From a bacterium (GTDB lineage: Bacteria > J088 > JAWLBW01): 20,000 nucleotides of DNA. Made by a program: the position numbers and the translations under genes. How positions within the stretch are numbered: position 1 is the first letter of the stretch; each line of letters begins with the position of its first letter. The notes below the pieces were generated by a model. The model was not told where the DNA came from. It worked only from the letters and a program-made list of their open reading frames with translations, and ran no database searches. Positions 1 through 7,016 of this stretch are shown in pieces. The DNA lies in contig JAWLHK010000025.1 in assembly GCA_041690355.1 (NCBI GenBank), positions 53,888 through 73,887 of the forward strand, written 5' to 3'.

Positions 1-1
1 G

Positions 2-268
2 CTCAATGAAGAGTTACGTCGGCTGCTTGCGCGTGCTACAACGCGCAATCAGGTCAGACAGGTGCTTGCGGATATCTTCTCGCGCCCGGCCGGTCGGTTC
101 CGCTCCAAGGTGCTGTCGGAGAATCCTGGGGCTGTCTGGCGCCTCATTGACGCCGATTGGCAGCGGGGCCGGGATCTTGCCTTGCTTGCCCTTGTGAGTT
201 ACCAGAGCGCTGAATCGGACGAGCTAGCGCTTGAGCAGGAAACCATTCTGGAAGGAGAGACCGTATGA
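2..268 (+). CDS. cas8: Cas8 (Cmx8/DevT-type) large subunit, C-terminal fragment (5' truncated by window)
   Basis: Frame open from base 2 (LNEELRRLLARATTRNQVRQVLADIFSR...DWQRGRDLALLALVSY). The 'W..RDLALLAL.SY' C-terminal motif resembles Myxan-type Cas8. Its stop overlaps the cas7 ATG (ATGA). Confidence 0.8.
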   Translation, partial: LNEELRRLLARATTRNQVRQVLADIFSRPAGRFRSKVLSENPGAVWRLIDADWQRGRDLALLALVSYQSAESDELALEQETILEGETV

Positions 269-1140
269 CGATGCATATTTTCGGTACCGTTTTGACCGCA
301 CGCGGCGTAGCCGCCAACAACCGGGGCGAGAACGAAGGGTCGATGACTACGCTGCAGAAGGTGGTGCGTGGGGGCAATCTTCACACGACCGTAAGCAGCG
401 AGGCAGTTCGGTATGCCATTCGTGAGCTGTGGGGGCAGGACGGGGACCTGGAAACCAACCGCAAGGTCTCCCATCGCGGCAACGAATGGGCCGATAAGGA
501 CTTTGGCAAGGGGTGGGAGAAGTTTATCGATAATGACGTTCTCGGTTTCATGCATGCGAAGAAGGAAACGGTCAGCCGACGCGGCATTCTTGAAATCGGC
601 CGTGCAGTCAGCACTACGCCATGGCCGGGGACCATTGCTGCCAACTTTGCTTCGCCCGGCGCGAACCCGAGCGTCAGTCACAACGATCCCGTCCCTTATG
701 CCGGTGAAATTCACGATACGCGCTACCAGTTTTCCTTCGCCATGACCCCTGACGCCCTCGAAGGCGAAAATAAGCTGGCCCGCACAGAGGCAACATTGCG
801 TGCCCTTCAGTCGCTGCGGCGTGTCGGCGGCAATCACGGGCGGTACCTTTATGATTTTTCCCCGGAATCGGTGGTGTTTCGGGTCACGCAGGATCCGGCC
901 CCGCGCATCATGTTCGTTTTCGAGGAGGGGGATAATGGCGAACTTTCCCTGTTGAAACTGGGTCGACGCCTGGAAGGGACCGAGCCGGACATTCGCCCGG
1001 AAGAACTGATCGTGGGCACGCTTCTTGATGATATTCAGGGGCTTGATGAGTTGCGGAAAAAGGGCGTGACCGTTCTGCCCGGGATTAAGGCCGCCGTCTC
1101 GGAGGTCCTTCAGCGACTGGGGGGCGCACTTGCAGCATGA
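265..1140 (+). CDS. cas7: Type I-B (Myxan) CRISPR backbone protein Cas7/DevR
   Basis: 291 aa with AANNRGENEG..TTLQK, TVSSEAVRYAIRE, D.DVLGFM and VGGNHGRYLYDFSPESVVFR motifs typical of DevR. GGAG RBS upstream. Confidence 0.93.
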   Translation: MTMHIFGTVLTARGVAANNRGENEGSMTTLQKVVRGGNLHTTVSSEAVRYAIRELWGQDGDLETNRKVSHRGNEWADKDFGKGWEKFIDNDVLGFMHAKKETVSRRGILEIGRAVSTTPWPGTIAANFASPGANPSVSHNDPVPYAGEIHDTRYQFSFAMTPDALEGENKLARTEATLRALQSLRRVGGNHGRYLYDFSPESVVFRVTQDPAPRIMFVFEEGDNGELSLLKLGRRLEGTEPDIRPEELIVGTLLDDIQGLDELRKKGVTVLPGIKAAVSEVLQRLGGALAA

Positions 1141-1757
1141 GTGAGCAGGTCAATTGGTCGCTACGCGTGCATGTTCCGGTGTGCTCGTTTCGACCGTTCG
1201 AGTCGAGGGAGTACCAGGATACATACGCCGTACCCCCTCTCTCTACGATCTACGGGATGTTGCTTTCGTATTGCGGTATTCCCCGGGAAGAGCGAACTGT
1301 GCATAAAGGTGCTGCACTCGCTCTCGGCTTGGAGGGCATTACTGATCAGGCAAGCGTATTCCGAAAACTCCGGCGAGGGAAAGAACTCGAAACGGTTCGC
1401 CCGGACTACCAAGATCTGCTTCTCGGCCTCACTTGCAGAATCTGGGTCTCACAGGGGAACGAAAAGGGAACCCCACCGTTGGTTGAGCGCTTGGATCGGG
1501 CGATGCGCAATCCTGGTTCCATACGGCGGGCGGGAGGGCTGTCGTTAGGCGAAAGCAGTTTCCTGGTCGACACCTTCACGCGGGCGCCCGGCCTGCCTGA
1601 CGAAGAATTCCAGTTTCTTTGTCGGGATGACGCAGGGTTCGTGCAGTTGCCGCTCTGGGTCGATCATGATCAGAACCATCGAACCACAGGTCGATTCTCG
1701 CTGGTTTCGGGCAAGGCCAATGTGTTGCTGGACCGCTCGTGGATTCGTGTCGAATAA
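1137..1757 (+). CDS. cas5: Type I-B (Myxan) Cas5/DevS
   Basis: 206 aa with VPVCSFR..SREYQDTY.VPP.ST.YGMLLS, RPDYQDLL, GGLSLGESSFLVD and LPLWVDH motifs. ATGA overlap with cas7. Confidence 0.92.
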   Translation: MSEQVNWSLRVHVPVCSFRPFESREYQDTYAVPPLSTIYGMLLSYCGIPREERTVHKGAALALGLEGITDQASVFRKLRRGKELETVRPDYQDLLLGLTCRIWVSQGNEKGTPPLVERLDRAMRNPGSIRRAGGLSLGESSFLVDTFTRAPGLPDEEFQFLCRDDAGFVQLPLWVDHDQNHRTTGRFSLVSGKANVLLDRSWIRVE

Positions 1758-1861
1758 CGGCGTAGAGATACGTCTCTGTATACCCCTTGACAGATTCGTA
1801 GGAATATAATAGCGATAGGGAGGTGTCGATAGCCAAGTTAACCTAGATATCTGAGGAAGCC

Positions 1862-3496
1862 ATGCAACAGGTAGAGCAGGAGCCGCTGCTTCGTGTGATG
1901 GCGTTACATGCGCTCGCGTATTGCGAGCGTTTGTTTTTTCTGGAAGAGGTTGAAGAGATTCGGATAGCTGACGACCGTGTGTATTCTGGGCGGCGTCTGC
2001 ACGAAACGATCCCCGAGGGCGAAGGAGAGTGGCAGTCGTTGGTTCTCGAGAGTGACCGATGGGGCATTCGGGGAAAAATCGATTTTGTCCGATATCGCGA
2101 CGGAATGATGATTCCCTACGAGCACAAACGAGGGCGCTCCTGCAGCGGTGAGGCGTGGTCTTCTGACCGACTTCAGATCATTGCGTATGCCGCGCTGCTC
2201 GCGGAGCATTCGGGGCACAAGATTGAAGAGGGGCGGGTACGCTACCACGGGGATAATCGGACTGCCTACGTATCTGTCGATAGCGAAGCGCTGAGCTGGA
2301 TGCAGACAATGATTGGCCGCGGTCGAGAGCTTGCTCGGTCGGTACATCGCCCTCAGGTGGCCGAGAACGAAAACCTTTGCGCGCACTGTTCGTTGGCGCC
2401 TGTATGCCTTCCTGAGGAAGAACGTTTCATGCGGGCACAGGAAATGGATAGCGTCTACGAACCAGAACGGATTTTTCCGCCTGACGACGAGCGTAAGATT
2501 GTTCACGTAGTCGGCCACGGAACACGGGTGGGCAAATCCGGCGAGCAGTTTGTGATACAACCCCGAGAAGGAGATAAGAAAAAGTTTCCTGGACACGATG
2601 TGTCGGCTATCGTACTGCATGGAAATGCACAGCTGACCACGCAGGCGCTTCATTTTGCCGCGGCCAACGGCGTCGGTGTGCATTGGATATCGACGGGAGG
2701 CAACTACGTCTCAGGGCTTGCGCCGGCAGGAGGTGTCCAGCGTAGACATCGCCAATTCCGAGCCCTGTCCGATAGTGGGTTCTGCTTGGCCCTTGCAAGA
2801 AAGCAGGCCGAGGCTAAGGTAGAGAATCAGTCGAGGTTCGTCTGGCGCAGTGCCCGGGGCAAAGCTGTTGAAGCCGAGCTCGCCCCGCTGGTCGAAGGAA
2901 TGCGTCAGGAGCAGAGAACTCTGGCGCGGGCGTGCAGTGCCGATCAGATCCGAGGCCATGAAGGCCGGGCCGGGCGGCTGTATTTTGAAGCGCTGTCACT
3001 TCTCGTCAGCGATGATACGCCACTCATGTTGTTTTCGGGCCGTAACCGTCGGCCTCCGAAGGATCCCTTCAATGCCGCGTTGAGTTTTGGCTATAGTCTC
3101 CTATATCGAGACGTTATGGGCGCAATCGTCTCGGTTGGTCTTGACCCAGCGTTTGGGTTCTTACATACGCCACGCAGCTCGGCGTATCCCCTTGCGCTCG
3201 ACCTTATGGAGCTGTTTCGTACCACGCTCGTTGATATGCCGCTTCTTGCGTCCGTGAATAGAAATCAGTGGCGCGAGGAGCACTTCAGCCGAACCAGGGA
3301 ACAGGTATGGTTGACTGAGGATGGAAGAAAGCTTGCCATCTCACTCTATGAGATGAGAAAGCAGGAGTCGTGGAAGCACCCTGTTCTCCAGTATTCGTTG
3401 AGTTACGCGCGTGCAATTGAGTTGGAGGTTCGGCTGCTGGAGAAAGAATGGTCCGGAACGCCCGGTCTTTTCGGGCAACTTCGACTGCGCGGTTAG
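1862..3496 (+). CDS. cas1: Cas4-Cas1 fusion (adaptation nuclease/integrase)
   Basis: N-terminal Cas4 domain (YCERLF Cys, GKID, EHKRG, QIIAYA, C..CSL..VC cluster) fused to Cas1 (RGHEGRAGRLYF, RNRRPPKDPFNAALSFGY, GFLH, LALDLMELFR). Confidence 0.95.
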   Translation: MQQVEQEPLLRVMALHALAYCERLFFLEEVEEIRIADDRVYSGRRLHETIPEGEGEWQSLVLESDRWGIRGKIDFVRYRDGMMIPYEHKRGRSCSGEAWSSDRLQIIAYAALLAEHSGHKIEEGRVRYHGDNRTAYVSVDSEALSWMQTMIGRGRELARSVHRPQVAENENLCAHCSLAPVCLPEEERFMRAQEMDSVYEPERIFPPDDERKIVHVVGHGTRVGKSGEQFVIQPREGDKKKFPGHDVSAIVLHGNAQLTTQALHFAAANGVGVHWISTGGNYVSGLAPAGGVQRRHRQFRALSDSGFCLALARKQAEAKVENQSRFVWRSARGKAVEAELAPLVEGMRQEQRTLARACSADQIRGHEGRAGRLYFEALSLLVSDDTPLMLFSGRNRRPPKDPFNAALSFGYSLLYRDVMGAIVSVGLDPAFGFLHTPRSSAYPLALDLMELFRTTLVDMPLLASVNRNQWREEHFSRTREQVWLTEDGRKLAISLYEMRKQESWKHPVLQYSLSYARAIELEVRLLEKEWSGTPGLFGQLRLRG

Positions 3497-3506
3497 GGAG
3501 GGGGAT

Positions 3507-3797
3507 ATGGCGGAGAAGCGCTGGTACTTGTTGACGTATGACATCCGAGAGCCAAAGCGATGGCGAAAGGTTTACCAGAAGCTATCTGGCCGCGGCGATC
3601 GTTTACAGTATTCGGTATTCCGTTGCTGGATGACCAAGACCGAGTTGGAGCGCCTGCGATGGGAACTGGAACGCATTCTTACAGATGAGGATGATCTCCT
3701 TGTGGTTCACCTCTGTCCAGGCTGTGCGTCGCGGGTTGACGCACGCGGTAAGCTGGAAGAAAAGCTCCCGGTACGAAATCGGGTCGAAATCGTTTGA
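3507..3797 (+). CDS. cas2: CRISPR-associated endonuclease Cas2
   Basis: MAEKRWYLLTYDIREPKRWRKV...GDRLQYSVFRC, 96 aa. Start taken at ATG 3507 after a GGAGGG RBS rather than the ORF-track start 3411, which lies inside cas1. Confidence 0.95.
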   Translation: MAEKRWYLLTYDIREPKRWRKVYQKLSGRGDRLQYSVFRCWMTKTELERLRWELERILTDEDDLLVVHLCPGCASRVDARGKLEEKLPVRNRVEIV

Positions 3798-4046
3798 TGC
3801 CGCATCCTTCATGGATCGTTGTGTGGCTCTTAGCTTAGCGGGAACTGTCGATTGTCAACTCTAGGAAAATACTAGGGAAAATGGATGTTGAGTTGACAAT
3901 GTGATCCATGAGGATGCTAAACCCATGTTATGGCAAGAGAAACTTTGTCACAATGTCTACCGCGCCAGCAAATCGACGGCTTGAACTCGGAATCCATGTA
4001 GATGCCGAGAAAAAAGAAAGATATATCATGGGTTTGCTAGCTGGCT
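3798..4046 (+). promoter_or_regulatory. CRISPR leader
   Basis: AT-rich non-coding 249 bp between cas2 and repeat 1. Contains inverted repeats, a TTGACA (3893-3898) and an IHF-like site TATCATGGGTTTG (4024-4036) preceded by an A-tract. Confidence 0.85.
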
Positions 4047-6467
4047 GTGCCTGATTCCCTGATGCCGAAAGGCGTTGAGCACCTTTTCAATCACGACTTC
4101 GACCGCCACATCTTTTCAATCACGACTTCGACCGCCACATCGGCAGTGCCTGATTCCCTGATGCCGAAAGGCGTTGAGCACAAGGCCAGATACTCCATCT
4201 ATTCCCGCACGATCAAGGTGCCTGATTCCCTGATGCCGAAAGGCGTTGAGCACCCCCGAAATCCAAGCCGGTAGAGCTGCGAGTCCAGTGCCTGATTCCC
4301 TGATGCCGAAAGGCGTTGAGCACAGAATCCTAGCCATTGACCCGGGCACCGTCGAGAGTGCCTGATTCCCTGATGCCGAAAGGCGTTGAGCACAATACAC
4401 GGGGTGCCTCGTCAACACGCTGACGCTCGTGCCTGATTCCCTGATGCCGAAAGGCGTTGAGCACTAAATATGGAGCGTTGGGTTGGCGTTGTTAAACTTA
4501 GTGCCTGATTCCCTGATGCCGAAAGGCGTTGAGCACGCATGGAGTACTACCGTGGGCTCCTAGACGAGTGCGCGTGCCTGATTCCCTGATGCCGAAAGGC
4601 GTTGAGCACGACGCAGCGGTTCCCGTCTGATTCCTTCCGGGGCTAGTGCCTGATTCCCTGATGCCGAAAGGCGTTGAGCACATGAGCCGCGTAACTACCG
4701 CATGGGCGATGACAAGTGCCTGATTCCCTGATGCCGAAAGGCGTTGAGCACGTGCTCCCGCTCAAGCAGGTGACGCAGCTTGCCCGCGTGCCTGATTCCC
4801 TGATGCCGAAAGGCGTTGAGCACACGTTACTGATTCATCCGGGGCGGCGGCGAACGGGAGTGCCTGATTCCCTGATGCCGAAAGGCGTTGAGCACGACGG
4901 ACGCAGCCGCAGCCGCGGGGATCGTCCGGAGTGCCTGATTCCCTGATGCCGAAAGGCGTTGAGCACTGATCATAGCCGGCCACAATTTGACGGCCGCCGA
5001 CAGCGTGCCTGATTCCCTGATGCCGAAAGGCGTTGAGCACCAGAGCTTGCAGGCCATGCCCGGACCCTCGTGGATCGTGCCTGATTCCCTGATGCCGAAA
5101 GGCGTTGAGCACATCTTCGATGAGCCGATTGACGAGTATCACGATAATGTGCCTGATTCCCTGATGCCGAAAGGCGTTGAGCACACGACCTATCAGGGAG
5201 AGGGATGGGCCGGTCAGATGTGCCTGATTCCCTGATGCCGAAAGGCGTTGAGCACGAGCAACCCCGTTTCCTCATTCACCGTGTACTCAAAGTGCCTGAT
5301 TCCCTGATGCCGAAAGGCGTTGAGCACATCGTTCCCCAGAACGCAAGTATCCAGAAATCAGGTGCCTGATTCCCTGATGCCGAAAGGCGTTGAGCACAGG
5401 CGTACTCGCAAGGGTGGGAGGCCGGTTTCGAGGCGTGCCTGATTCCCTGATGCCGAAAGGCGTTGAGCACAAAGGGTTATTGGTAAACCTAACTTGGTGC
5501 CTGTAGTGCCTGATTCCCTGATGCCGAAAGGCGTTGAGCACATCAGGCCCCCCGTGTCTCCTGCGAACGTTTGGATGTGCCTGATTCCCTGATGCCGAAA
5601 GGCGTTGAGCACCAGCTAGCCCGGACGGATACCGGCGAAATTGTAGACGGTGCCTGATTCCCTGATGCCGAAAGGCGTTGAGCACGGTCAAAGAGGGGGA
5701 CTGTGGCTTTGGCCATGGGTTGTGCCTGATTCCCTGATGCCGAAAGGCGTTGAGCACACGTACAGTGCCCCGTGCGCCCGCTGCTTGCGGAAGTGCCTGA
5801 TTCCCTGATGCCGAAAGGCGTTGAGCACCCTTCCTGAGTAGGCGCACTGACGGGGTGCGCGAGATGTGCCTGATTCCCTGATGCCGAAAGGCGTTGAGCA
5901 CGCCTGATCGCCGTGGAGGGTGAACTGGCGGCGGATCGTGCCTGATTCCCTGATGCCGAAAGGCGTTGAGCACTGGTCCATCCTGCACCTTGAGGCCACC
6001 GGGCGCAAGTGCCTGATTCCCTGATGCCGAAAGGCGTTGAGCACCTGATCCTCTCTCTCGATAGGTCCGGCCCCCGCCGCGTGCCTGATTCCCTGATGCC
6101 GAAAGGCGTTGAGCACATGTCGGAAACGATGTACTCTCGCTCCTCGTCTTGTGCCTGATTCCCTGATGCCGAAAGGCGTTGAGCACCCGAGGTAGAAGAA
6201 TGGCGTGTTGCTGCTGCTCGTGCCTGATTCCCTGATGCCGAAAGGCGTTGAGCACCCGCGGAAGGATGGCATCTACGGCGCGGCGGCCATGTGCCTGATT
6301 CCCTGATGCCGAAAGGCGTTGAGCACGCAAGGTGAACGAGTTTTCGTGCACGACGTTCTCCAGTGCCTGATTCCCTGATGCCGAAAGGCGTTGAGCACCT
6401 GATTGCCCCGTGGTCGCGGATCTGCGTCAGGATGTGCCTGATTCCCTGATGCCGAAAGGCGTTGAAC
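4047..6467 (+). CRISPR. CRISPR array, 34 repeats (GTGCCTGATTCCCTGATGCCGAAAGGCGTTGAGCAC, 36 bp) and 33 spacers
   Basis: 33 identical repeats plus a last one (6434-6467) missing 2 nt near its 3' end. Spacers are 33-38 bp except spacer 1 (63 bp). The GATGCC-GAAA-GGCGTT hairpin and TTGAGCAC 3' end fit Myxan/cyanobacterial I-B repeats. Leader position and degenerate far end indicate + orientation. Confidence 0.98.
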
Positions 6468-6495
6468 GAAGTATCTGCAGATCGGCACCCGATTT

Positions 6496-6627
6496 GAAGG
6501 CGTGGAGGACGATGGCCGGAGCCTGGAACTGCGTCGCGGCCGATCGAGTCCCTGATTGCTTGACGCCGAGTGGCAATCCGAATTTTCCTCAGTCCGTGCT
6601 GTCCAAGACAGGGATCGGGTGCCGGAT
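6496..6627 (+). repeat. Degenerate CRISPR repeat remnants at trailer end
   Basis: 6496-6510 GAAGGCGTGGAGGAC resembles the repeat 3' half. 6548-6583 GTCCCTGATTGCTTGACGCCGAGTGGCAATCCGAAT matches 24/36 positions. 6619-6627 GTGCCGGAT matches 8/9 of the repeat 5' end. Gaps are spacer-sized (37 and 35 nt). Confidence 0.65.
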
Positions 6628-6673
6628 GGAGTTGTGAGAATCCGTCAACGCCGTTCTCGGCAGCCGCGCGTCG

Positions 6674-6958
6674 ATGAAGCAGGTTGTCGCCTTACACACC
6701 CGCCGGATACCGTTCGCCCCGCGCGCGTCGAGGCGCCAGAGTGTCGACGCGAAGATACTCGTGGCAGGAGCACCGAGCGAGTATATTGCTCTCGAACACG
6801 CTGCTCACGCGAGGCTGGCCCTTCGAGACGCCGGTGTCGACGTGCGCGTCGAACGATGCCGACTCGTGGAGCCCTGCTCGTCGAAGGACCGGCCCCTCAA
6901 GGGCGAACGGTCACGGGCTGAGCCCATTTTGGAGACGACTGACTGCCCTTCGGGGTAA
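6674..6958 (+). CDS. Possible small hypothetical protein (94 aa)
   Basis: ATG ORF filling the gap between the array tail and the recG 3' end. The central part looks protein-like, but no RBS or recognisable motif is visible. Confidence 0.2.
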   Translation: MKQVVALHTRRIPFAPRASRRQSVDAKILVAGAPSEYIALEHAAHARLALRDAGVDVRVERCRLVEPCSSKDRPLKGERSRAEPILETTDCPSG

Positions 6959-6983
6959 GGTCCTTGCTTCGTGCTCGCTTCAC

Positions 6984-7016
6984 CCGACGTCCGGCGTCCG
7001 ACGTCCGGCGTCCGCC
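6984..7016 (-). repeat. Heptamer tandem repeat (GGACGCC/GGACGTC)x4 directly after recG stop
   Basis: + strand ccgacgt ccggcgt ccgacgt ccggcgt ccgcc, ending at the recG TGA (7017-7019). Confidence 0.85.

Noticed and set aside
4083-6433. Self-targeting or duplicated spacers within the window
   Set aside because: None noticed by eye; not an exhaustive search, so it needs computational confirmation.
1-6630. CRISPR-associated transposon or cas3-less system
   Set aside because: No tns genes or transposon ends seen, and the adaptation module and long array are intact. cas6/cas3 normally lie upstream of cas8 in this subtype, outside the window.
4047-6637. Many ORFs with repeated peptides (VPDSLMPKGVEH, LNAFRHQGIRH, CSTPFGIRESGT)
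   Set aside because: Translations of the CRISPR repeat, not proteins.
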